A stretch of 64,000 bases of DNA. Origin: Marsupella aquatica. Its lineage: Eukaryota; Plantae; Marchantiophyta. Shown here piece by piece: positions 12,400 to 23,264 of this stretch; the first letter of the stretch is position 1, and the number at the start of each line of letters is the position of its first letter. The notes under the pieces were generated by a model. The model made no database searches, was not told where the DNA came from, and saw nothing but the letters and a program-made list of their open reading frames with translations. Where the stretch lies: contig OZ316895.1 in assembly GCA_973895155.1 (NCBI GenBank), positions 22,704,558-22,768,557 on the forward strand. The letters are read 5' to 3'. A program made the translations under genes and the position numbers.

Positions 12400-14419
12400 T
12401 GTAGTATTGTACTAAGGACATAAATCAACATTTAATGTCCAAAACTCGGTATTCGATCCCATGGAAGAACAAGAAAGGAATGATTTTCTATCATTTAACA
12501 CTTATGAATGATTAAGGTAACAAAAACACAGGTTTGAGCCTTTTACTATGATTGCTCAACAAGGCATAGATTTGAATGTTTGCTAAACATCTTAAATGCA
12601 ATTAATAAAATGAAAACAAATAACAAAACACAATGAAATCTTGAGGTATGATGAGGGAGTCTGGAAAACACCAAGGAAACTTCTCATCAATACTTCATTT
12701 GATGTGATTTTGGTGGTATATCCGTAAGAACATTTTTGGAATGGATTACTGTACTAGGATGATTACTAAAATGCCGTCAACACGTCTCAACTTTTCCTTC
12801 CAAAGGTACTTAGAAGAAACTAGTAATCAATCACTTCGATATCCAGTCGGTACTCTGAGTCACGAATAATAAACACCATCATGATCAAATTGAAGTCACA
12901 GGTAATTGGTGAGTAACAATCTTTACATCCCATGCACAAGCAATGTCACGCCAAAAACTATGCATCAAGAACTCAAGAAGATGGGTTGTCACCACTTAAG
13001 GAATCTATTCCCTCATACTTCTGAGATTCAACTTTATACAAGTAATTTTACTTCAATGATCTAAACTCTCAATCATTCAGACCAAGGAAGGGAGAAGAAT
13101 TCCTTTGTATTTGCAAGCTCCATACCATACGAAAACACACGGAAGCTTTGCAAAGGTGATTACAGTACTGCAACACATGCCACAGGCACTACTTTATTTC
13201 TTCACACTTGAAAATGACACAAATTCTACTTCATATAGGCTAGCAGGAACCCAAGGAGACTGAGATACTGAAAGGATATGCCCTTTCATATCTAAAGGGT
13301 CTTGAATAAACTTAATGACGGTCATCCTTGAAAAGTGAATGGACACTGCTGAAAGTGTCGAAAATGCAGGGGACGCTTCTCAAAGCGTCGAGGTTTGAGC
13401 GGACGCTTTGCAAAGCGTCGGTGTTTGCGGTAAAACTAATAAACAGTGATCTTAATCTAATTTTAACTTCCAAACTAAGAGTCGGAATGAGTTGAAACTT
13501 TTCTAGGGTACTCTACTACATATAGTCTATATGCTGGCAAAGTTTCAGACTTTTTTGAGATCTCTAAGTGTCTCAAATAAATCGGTAAAAGTGGCGCGGT
13601 GTTATAAAAGTGCAAAAACTGAAACATTTTTCTAAGTGTCGGGAACATAGTGGACGCTTCAGAAAGTGTCCAAAACTACAAAGGACTTTTGTGGACGCTT
13701 CAGAAAGCGTCGTCGAAACTTTGATGTCTTGGCCGCAGCGTCCGTCTTCTGGTCTTCGGGTGGGACGCTTCAGTGGCGTCGCAGTGTCGATGTCGCCTTC
13801 GGGGTAGCGGACGCTTCTGTGGGCGTCGTTCCTCATGTGGATTGCAGAGCGTGGGAGTACAGCTGGTTGGGTGGCGGACGCTTCAGAAAGCGTCGTGGTC
13901 GCAAAAATACAAAGGATGCTTCACAAAGCGTCGGCGAAGTCGCGGCTATGCGAAAAACAGCAAAACTAAATTAATTCTAACTTTCAAACCACATGTCGGT
14001 TTGAGATGAAACTTGCAGGGATGATTCTACTACGCAACTACTACCTCCTGAAAAAGTATGAGACTTTTCTGACTATGATAACTATTTAACTAAAATAGCA
14101 GAGATCGGCTGATTGTGATAATTGTATACAGAGCTCATTCTTGTTGAAAAAGTGTTTTGGAGGCCGGTTCTTGAATCTTCTAGTCTACATTGCTTCTCCA
14201 ATGATGTCCAGTCTTCTTTCTTGGTAGCATGTAAAGAGCAAGGATTTATATTGGCGATCCTTGTCCAATATAGGCAATAGCCTCCAATGAAGCATAACAT
14301 TAGGTTAAGTTATCAGTTGATCTAAATTGCTACAAAAGGTAACTAGATTGTACCTTGAGTTAGAAAAAGTTTAAAATTTATAAAATTTCCATCATTTCTA
14401 ACTAATGTACAACATTACA
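12400..14419. mobile_element. Nested ~2.0-kb solo LTR of another retrotransposon family (probably gypsy-type)
   Basis: Termini TGTAGTATTGTAC ... GTACAACATTACA form an imperfect inverted repeat with TG..CA ends. 5-bp TSD GTAGG at 12395-12399 and 14420-14424. Removing it rejoins copia gag (...RVKVPT|ASTNAAL...). No coding domains inside. Confidence 0.88.
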
Positions 14420-15414
14420 GTAGGGACCTTTACTCGACAATCCCTTTTCATGTGGCCTGGCTTGCCACAATTCCAACATGCAAGAGGCTTCCTCTCTTGC
14501 GATTTTCCTCTGGATTTAGATCTCCCCCGTGATGTAGATCTAAACCTGTTCTGCCCATTCGTGCGCTGCGTTGCTCTTCCCCTGTTCACATTGAGCGTAG
14601 TGCCAGAAGAAGATGTTGTCTGTGATTGACCCAGCTTCTTCTGAGCATCATCAGACAGTAAAGAGCTTATATACCACCTCATTATACGAAATGGACTTCA
14701 GATCTCTGTACAAGAGCACCTGTTTCAAGCCCTGACATGAGGCGGTAAGGAGCTTAGCAGAAGCAAGGCCTTATCCTCATCTTCAACTCCTTTTCCCAGG
14801 TTTGACAGATCAACCGCTAGACTGTCAAACTCATCCAGGTGATCTTGCATCTTGCTCCCTTCCTTGAGCCTAAGGCTCATCAAGAGAGACTTCTTGTACA
14901 GCCAGTCTGACGCATCTTCCCGGTAGTACTTCTCTCTTAGAGCCTTGAACAGTGACGCGCAATCCGCATAATCATCCAGTTGCTTGATGATGTGCGGCTT
15001 GAGATATAGCATCACTGCATTGACAGCAATCACCTGCTCCTGTCTCCATTGCCTCACTGAAATCTCCTCCTCTCCATCATACTGCTCTTGCGATGAAAGA
15101 AGATGAGCTAAGCCCATGGCCCGTAGAACACCCTTCACTTGCTTCTCCCAGAGCAAGTAATCAGTACGACCATCGTACTTCTCCACCTCAAACTTCACTC
15201 CTCCAAATCTAGCCATCTTCCTCTTCTTCCCTACTACCGACAGCTCTGGTAGTAACACAGCTTCCTCCACTACACGCCGCACCGGTGATCGTACCGGTGT
15301 TATAAGTTCCTCCTCAAACGGTAGCAGCTCCTCCTCAGACTCTCCGTCTAACCGTCGCGATCCTGAAGCTCCACCGACGTGAATTCTTCCAGTATCCTCC
15401 GAGTCACTCATATG
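14420..15414 (-). pseudogene. Copia gag with zinc knuckle, frameshifted
   Basis: KFEVEKYDGRTDYLLWEKQVKGVL (Tnt1-like gag start), EDEDKALLLLSSLP and the CWNCGKPGHMKRDC CCHC knuckle. Frame breaks occur near 14680-14745. Confidence 0.9.
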
Positions 15415-16903
15415 AAACAATCACAAAAAAACGTCTTTTTTCAAAACTTCTCATAAAACTCAAAACTCAACACCGCCGCGTAGCCCACGAAGCTAGGAGT
15501 CCAATACTGAAATCCGAAATCAAAATCAAAATTCGACGGAAAAGTTATTCAAATTTTGGTCGGGGTGGGTAAAACCTTGGAAAATCCCCCGTTTTGACCA
15601 CCTCGGAGAATAACCAAAATACCAAGTACGACCTATCGTCGGAATCGCGATGTGATCGGTGTGCCGCATTGCTAACTCCAGTGGCAACGTCCTCACCAAA
15701 AAAGAACCAAAAAAGTTATAGTGCGGCGGACGGAATCTTTGTGTGACGGCCGAAAAACAGCTCTCTGTTTTTTGGGAATATTCCCGCATAGTCCAACAGG
15801 GCTCATAGGGAGCCGTTCCCCCTGTCGGAGTGGTTAAAATGGAGGGTCACAGGGCCCAGGATGAGGCACAACCAATGAGGAGGAGGAGAGAAATTAAATT
15901 CAGAAAAACACACTCTTAAGGGGTCTTAAAGCCCCTGGCAAAGGCGCGCGTATTTGCGGCCAGAATCGCGTATAAACAACAAAAAACGTGAAAAAATGGG
16001 TTTGAAGGGGTCAAAACGCGCATATTTTCGCGTTTTTGGGCTGTATATGGGCGTTGTTGGCCGTATTTGGGCCCCAAAAAGCACATTTTCACGCTTAAAG
16101 GGGTGTGGGAGGCCGGTGTGCATGCCGGGGCGTATGGCGAACCTGGTTTATCGCGTATTGGGGCCGTATTGGGGCAAAAAATGCCCTAAACTAACCTTAA
16201 AAATGTGCCCAAAATGACACAAAGGCCGTGTTACAAACCTCAGCCGCCTTCGCTTTGGTTCCAATGAGAAAAGTGATGACCGTCGACATGAAAATGTTTC
16301 CGAATTGCACCGGCACGGCTGAAGCTCCACCAGAGAAAGAACTTCTGTTGCATCGCCTTCACTCCGCGTCAAGTGCCAATCCCGGACTCAAAATGACCGT
16401 CTCACCACGATCTCTCCGTTGAGCCTCAGCACTTTGCGTTTCTTCCTCCGAGTCTAGCGTCACGACGAGTAATCTGGTTCAGGGAAAAACAAGCACCATA
16501 GCTTGTCAAAAAACCAGAACGCTTTCTTCACTCGTCACGACGCACTCGTTCCGCAAAAGTCAGCAAACTAGATACCAAAACGACCAGCACGCTCCAACCT
16601 TCAACTTGAACTATCACATGCGACGCCCCGCACACCGCACAGCTCACACCGTTGAAGAAACGATCTCTGGTTTCTCCCCCGAAATTCCGTCGAACATGAA
16701 TAAACCCTGAACGACGCAAACTTCAATTCCTCCGCACCACGGATACCGATCAGTGAGCTCTAACCACCGTTAGAATGCCCTCTCACTAACCTATCCACTC
16801 AGCCACACACAATCGAGTTTCATGCGACGAAACTTTGAATGTACCATCGACAATGAACGCTAGAAAAACCTGTCACGAAAAAACCTCGTCACCTCCCAGG
16901 CTT

Positions 16904-16915
16904 GCTCTGATACCA
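16904..16915 (-). promoter_or_regulatory. Primer-binding site complementary to initiator tRNA-Met
   Basis: TGGTATCAGAGC on the minus strand, 2 nt inside the 5' LTR. Confidence 0.93.
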
Positions 16916-16917
16916 CT

Positions 16918-17849
16918 TGTTGAGCATAGATGACATTCGCAACGGCAAGCCCATGAACCATCCAACGCACAATAGTCGACACAGAGAGATACGTGGTTCA
17001 CCTCCACATGAGGCTACGTCCACGGGAACACACAAGAGCTTTACTGCACTCTAGGCCGACCGGCCATACCAAACATCCACAACACAAGCTCTCCCTATCT
17101 CTCAACTAGCTCTGTAACAATGAGCCTAAGTTCCACCAGGGTCTGGCATCAGCCCTGGCTATATGCACAACAGCACTACCGCTAACCTTAGCTAGGTCCT
17201 AACCCGAGTTAGCCTAACTGTGGTTAGCACAAGAGTCACAAGACTAGAGCAATATCTTACCCGCCATCTCACAACAAGCTATACTCCTCAGTAGAATGGT
17301 GTTTCTGAGAGACTCAACCAAACACTATTGGACCGCTCGAGGAGTATGTTGAGTCAATCATGCTTACCACATGAGTTTTGGGCTGAAGCTGTCAACACTA
17401 CAGCTTATTTGGTCAATTTTTCTCCATCCAGTTCTATTGGATTCAAGACACCATTTGAAATGAGGTACGGGCGTCCAGCAAATTACTCACATCTGAGGAT
17501 TTTTGGATGTGATGTTTATGTGCTTACACCTTCCCAGCTTCGATCCAAGCTGGAGTCCAAGTCAAAGAAGTGCATTTTCCTTGGTTATCAGAAAGGTGTG
17601 AAGGGTTATAGGTTATGGGATCCAGTAACCTGTAAGCTAATTGTCAGTAGAGATGTGTCCTTTAATGAATCCAGATCATCAAAGGAGGGGGAGAGTTCTC
17701 AGGACTCCCATACTGACAAGGGGAAATCTCCCATCCCGAACCGGGTTGAGGGGGAGATTAGTCATGATGCAGTTCATGAGAGGAGAGATGGAGAAGCTCC
17801 GGGCTTGGAGCTAGTTCCTGTGATGGAACAAGAGGAGCAATATCTAACA
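16918..17849 (-). repeat. 5' LTR of the copia element, interrupted near its tip by an inverted 581-bp internal segment
   Basis: Matches 8558-8897 up to AATATCT (17257). LTR sequence resumes as GAGCAATATCTAACA (17835-17849), followed by the TSD. Confidence 0.92.
17257..17837 (+). repeat. Inverted copy of copia internal segment 10873-11453 (integrase C-terminus)
   Basis: Colinear 581-bp reverse complement with about 17 substitutions by manual count. It produces the 17328-17876 ORF. Confidence 0.95.
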
Positions 17850-19280
17850 TGGAAAACTCATGTGGGTATTGTATGAGTGGGAAAATCCACAGTATAAGGT
17901 TGAGCTATACCAAAGTACTGAACTCATATGGTCTTGGAACACCCTACCAGATACATACATAGTAAAGGGAGGGCATACGTTGATGTGGAATATGAAGTGT
18001 AAGCTTCATGAAGCCTACTGAGAATTTGGGTTAATAGTTCCTGAGAAACTCATTTGTTACATCTCTTGGGTCCCACTCTTTGATGTTGCCTGCCTCTTGA
18101 GCCATGCCAATAATTCCAATCAACCTTTGATGGGAAACATGATTTTATTGCAATCCCTTTGGGCCCTCTCAGATGTTGCTCTCCTGCCCATTTCCATCGG
18201 TGTGACAAGAAAGTGATCTACAATTTTTTGAAGTGTGAACTCTTTTGTCTAGAATCAACTTTGGTGAATCTCATTTTGAGATGGGGGTTTGGTCAATAGC
18301 TGATTGAATCATGAAGCATGGTTTTCAAGCCGCACAGAGAATTCTAGTTGACCGTTGTTGGAAAAGTCATTCATTACAGCAGATGTTACTTGCATGCCCA
18401 TTTCCACCAACATGATAAGAGATTACCTCCAATTTGGGATAGTCCAAAGGGCAAGTTTATTGCAATCCGTTTGGACCCTCTCACATTGGAGATAAGATTT
18501 GACATAGTCTTGTGCAAAAGCTGGTCAACTGATAGACCTTGAACTTGGAAACTCAGTTGCCGCAATAAAGACGCACTTTTGGGGACTGCTAATGTTGAAC
18601 AAACTTTGCATTTATGTGGATTTGCACATCATAGTTAGCATTCAGAAATGAGAAGATATGTACCCTCAATAGCATAGGCAGCAATCACTAAGTTTCACAA
18701 GAAAATCCATCCAGAGTTGTGGAGAGGTGTTCTTCAAGGAAGAGCACCTTCCGGTCATGGGGCTCATCCTGTACAAACTTGACATCAGTCTTTTAAAATG
18801 TTATTAAAACTTTCACCTGTAGGAGCAGTGGAACCAATCATAGATATGACTATGGTCATCTAAGTTTTATATGAAAATTGGCACATCACAAGTATTTCTG
18901 AAGTAGATCACTAGCTCTTAAAATTACACTCACAATTGTGTGTACTCATTTCTGGTGCATAGGGTCTCCCATATGCCTCCCAACATGAGTGAGTTGATGT
19001 ATCCAGTTTCAAGCTACCATTACCAAAGATCAAACATATATGTTGAGCGGAATTGTTCTCCAGCTTAAGCAAGATGGCCAAGCAGTCAAACACTCTGGGG
19101 AGTTGACTGATTGCCCCCGCAACTAGATTTCAAGGAGGGTGATGGGTTGGACATGCAACAAGTGCACAGTGGCTAGGAAAAACTGTCACCATAATTGAAC
19201 AGTGAGGGAAGGTTCCTGCCAGAATCACGTTTTGTAAACTGAACCTAGGAAAGAAAGAAATGGATTGCATATGGTAGTCT

Positions 19281-19312
19281 CTAGACTAGACTAGACTAGA
19301 CTAGACTAGACT
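19281..19312. repeat. (CTAGA)n pentanucleotide microsatellite
   Basis: About 6 tandem copies of CTAGA. Confidence 0.9.
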
Positions 19313-21669
19313 GATGGATTGGACATGTTCATAATCCTTGATTGCAAATAGTACTTTTAAGATCTTTTTAAATGTTTCAAATTCTGTGTGATCGCCTTTA
19401 GTAGAATAAGTTCACTAAAATCTTCCACATACTGCAAGCTATTCATCAATTCTGCAAACCCATGGTTATGTTTTAGCTACCTTTATTAGCATGAACTGCT
19501 TAGCACTATAATTTGAATTTATCAGTTGTTGTTGATGGTCCAAAGGTCAAGGCATATCATATTGACCATAACATGGATTTCACTTTGGCGCAAGGAACTC
19601 TGTACTGGTGGAGTTTGCATTATTAATCAGTTCCAATTCATCTTGGAAGCTGCAAAGTTGGTACTGTAGTTGCGTCATCAATCTTAGAATATTGATGATC
19701 TTCTATGCTAGACGGACTCCAGGCCGTCACTTATTCGAATTATGTCTAGCTCGTCCAAAGCTCTTGACTCCCCATTAGTCTTGGACACAAACATTGTATC
19801 ATTCCTACAATGGTTTCCAACTTTAAATTGAAGAAATATCACCATGTTCGACACCATGGAAGTCTTCTCATCTGATTCCTTTTGCTTTAGTTTTAGCCTA
19901 TCTGGATTGTTAGCACCTTCTGTTTGGATGCAGACTCCAGTCCACACTCTCGCCCGAGATGATGACACATTACCAAGGCAGTTATGACCATGTGGAGTTG
20001 TCTTGGTAAATCTGCATTCCTAGAATTTCGCAGCATGCAGAAATGTATGCCATGGTCGTGTCCATTCTCGATCAATCCAGCGCACCTGAAATCCGTAAAC
20101 TTGATCACTGCCTGCCTGAGTGACAGAGTGCCTTAATATGTATGGTATCTGATCTGATTATCCCGTCCTTCGAGTTCCACATTGGCATCCAACTCGCTGG
20201 CCTGCATTCAGGCCTTGGTTCAGATGGCACAATCCTCTGCTGCCAATTTGCACTGCTCGCCATGTATTCACTCAGCCAGCTCTTTGCTTGCTTGCTTGCT
20301 TGCTTACATGGCTTGATAGAGGATTTGTAATCCCGTCGCCTCGATTTGAAATCCTGGAGGATGAATATGCTCATGCGCTGCCCAAGTATTGATCAAGTTT
20401 CCTAAAGACAGATACAAACACTATTGTTCTCGGTCACAAAGCGAGGTTGACAGAGTCGATGACGTACGTCTTGTGTAACGCTTAATATGTGGTCCCCCAG
20501 ATACAGCAGCAGCGGTCTCTTTACGAAAGATCGACCCCCACAGCATCCTGCAGTGGGCGAAGGGTCCTATGCACGTGTTGAGCCAAGCTCCATCGATTCG
20601 AGATGTTCGCATTCTCCGATTCAACCTCTGCAAATCAATTATTAGCTTCGTACAAAGTCTCAGTGTCATCTATGCTAGGGCGTGCGTGCGCTCAGCCAAT
20701 TGACCGATTGATTGCTGGTGTTGTGAGAAAACATTCTTAGATCCTCTTTTATTCCCAGCTGATGGCGTGCAGCTAGTACCAGTACCATACTCTAATTGAA
20801 GTTGGTGGTGATTGACGCCCGTGATCCTAATCCCACCATCCAAAGCTGAGCTGAAGGTAAGGGTTGAGTGTCCGAAGTTGTGTCGTAAGACAATGGTACC
20901 CCATCAGATTGTCCAGAGCTTTCCGGCTGCATTTCAAAACGTCCAGACCAGCTTCAAGGGAGTAACAACCAGCTACAGTCGCAAATAAGAAAGTCAGACG
21001 TCCTCGACGGGCCCAGAATGTGATGTTAAATCTGGTTCAAACAAGCGCCACTCCAAAGCGGAGTTAGGTAGCAGATGTTGCACCGTGATATTAACCCGCG
21101 GCCCCAATTAACCAAGCCCAATTGCGGGTTCTCCACTGTGTGAAAAGTGAAGTATACAATTCTCCCAAAGATTGTCAACGAATGAGCTAGCTGACATTCA
21201 GCCGAGACATTCAATAATCCCCCGGCATGTCCATGGAGGGAGCTGGCGTGCGTGCGAGCCGCAGAGATGAACCTGCCCAAAGAAATCTCAAGTGCTTGTT
21301 GTTCGAAATGCAAATGTTTCTTTTGTGTTTTAGCGACGATAAGCGTTTGAAATTTGAATCAGTAGGCATGCTCATCTCGGCGACTTGCAAGCAAACCAGC
21401 TTAGATTAGAGCTGGCTGTATGGGGACGAATCCAGATGGTATTCATCATGGATTCACAGGATGCTTGTAGAAGTTCCTGGTTCTAGTCTTACTAATTGAA
21501 GTCCTAGATCAGTCAACTCCTATTTCAATCCACTCACTCACTCACACGCTGCCTTGCTACTGGGATTGATAGAGCATCCATGCCACACACTCGATCAATC
21601 GAGATCATCATGGGATTACAGTTCGAACAGGCTTGCAAATTGTTGTAACATGCGAACTTGCTAAAATGA

Positions 21670-23264
21670 TTACGAGAAGCTGCTATCTCTAGTTGGAGTA
21701 CTGTAGCAGCATACCATCCTGTAAATGAAGGCGGAGACAGCCTTGCTTTTCAAGGACTCCTGAGCTCCATTGTGAGATATGAATTGACTATCTTCATCGG
21801 TCGTGGTGTTCACAAGTTGCTCTGAAGACATCCCCTGGCCCAGCTGCTTCTGCCTCTGCTGCCACTTTCCCACATCTACACAGAAAAACATTGATGTCGG
21901 GAGTCCTCCTGTCCGCAGCCTGCTGCCCTTGCGACAATACAAAATTGCATCCGAATCGTTGGTGGGTCTTCCCAAAACTGTCATAAGTGGTACAGCTGCA
22001 GTGCAAGACGCCTGCTGCACCAGGAACTGATCACACATCGTCGTCATTCTTCCTGTTAGAGGACTGGTAGTCTCATCGTTATTCGTTACAGGCTCGCTCT
22101 TCTCCTCGTCCCTTGCTGCTTGAGGTGAAGAAGCAAACAATGGGTTCCACTCTGATGAAGTGTCTGATGCTAGTTCACTGGTTCTCCTCCTTTGCATGTT
22201 GCAAGTCTCCAGGTCCTCGTCCTCAAAGGTGATGTTGTCGTAGAATTTCTTGGCAAGAGTGTTCAATTGTTGCTGAGATGAATTCCTTGTACGTGGCGCC
22301 CTACCATGGTTCCCCTCTAGCTCCAAGTCTGGCTCCTGGGCAGAGCTCCTCGCCGGTATATCTCTGTCCACAAGTTGAGCGCAAGGAATACTAGTCTCCT
22401 CATCTTCATTCACGACTGCTCCAACTTCAGCCGGCACACGAGCGCAACTGAGTGCAGACAAGAGGCTCCAGCCTGCAACGGAAGCGGGAGATGCGGTACC
22501 TTGGGCTGTTGACGATGTGGATAGCTGCTGCTGCTGCTGTGTAGCTGGGCTGCCACCACGACGCTGACGACGAGCTGACGCTCTACTGTTCACAGCATTG
22601 GTCGTATTTTGCGATATTGGGCTAGATGCGGGAGTGTTGGGTCCGAGAGTCGAAGTTCTACGAAACGCTAACTGTCGACGTTGTGGTTGTGGTTGTGGTT
22701 GTTGCTGATTCTGAAACCTGACAGGATTTCCGGCACCATCCAGCACAGGATGGCCCATAAGAGCACTAAGGCTTTTGCTGTGGTCTTGAAAGAAGGATCT
22801 CGTGGACTGCGCACAGGTTGATAGAATTCCAACAGATTGTAAGTAATCACTATGACAAGGCACATCTATCGATCAAGGTATTGTCAATGAAATGCAACAT
22901 TCCCACATAAGAAAAGGTAGATCAGTATCAGGGGTAGTTTCAGAGATGTCAGCCGCCCGGGTGAGCGATTTCGGTCGTGGCTAAATCGTCGACCGAATTG
23001 TGAATCTGTTCCTCAGGCATGACCATCACGCCCTTCGAAACAAATGAAACCTCAGACAGGAGAGGAGGTAATGAGCGAAGAATGTACCATTGTGTCGAGA
23101 CTAGAGGATTCTGTGGATATGCCAGAAGTGGAGCGGGCGAGCTCGGGCATTGAGGGCCATTGTAGGTTCTCGTCCATAAGCCGCAGTCGAAGCCCCAAAG
23201 GCCATCCCGTAGTATCATGTCCCATATTCAGCGGCCATCCCACTGCCACACCTTGCTCCTGCAT
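21670..23264 (-). CDS. At3g17950-like plant-specific uncharacterised protein; exons 23264-23088 and 22806-21670, ~437 aa
   Basis: Exon 1 carries GWPLGLR and SSSLDTM. Splicing (ATG|GT...CAG|TCC) continues into STRSFFQDHSKSLSALMG. This reproduces the family pattern GWPLGL...SSDLDT.STGSFF.D.S.TL..L.G as recalled. The start codon is uncertain. Confidence 0.75.

Larger units (their letters stand above)
8558..17849 (-). mobile_element. Full-length, degenerate Ty1/copia LTR retrotransposon (Tnt1/Tork-like)
   Basis: TG...CA termini and a 5-bp TSD TGGAA (8553-8557 and 17850-17854). Two ~344-bp LTRs, a tRNA-iMet PBS and a PPT are present. Domain order on the minus strand is gag-PR-IN-RT-RH, with stops and frameshifts. 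Confidence 0.97.

Noticed and set aside
13341-13933. Palindromic repeats with spacers resembling a CRISPR array
   Set aside because: Spacers are irregular (10 to over 200 bp), the repeats are degenerate, there are no cas genes, and the array lies inside a plant LTR.
17328-17876. 182-aa integrase-like ORF as a second independent retrotransposon
   Set aside because: It is an inverted copy of 10873-11453 embedded within the same element's LTR and inside its TSD.
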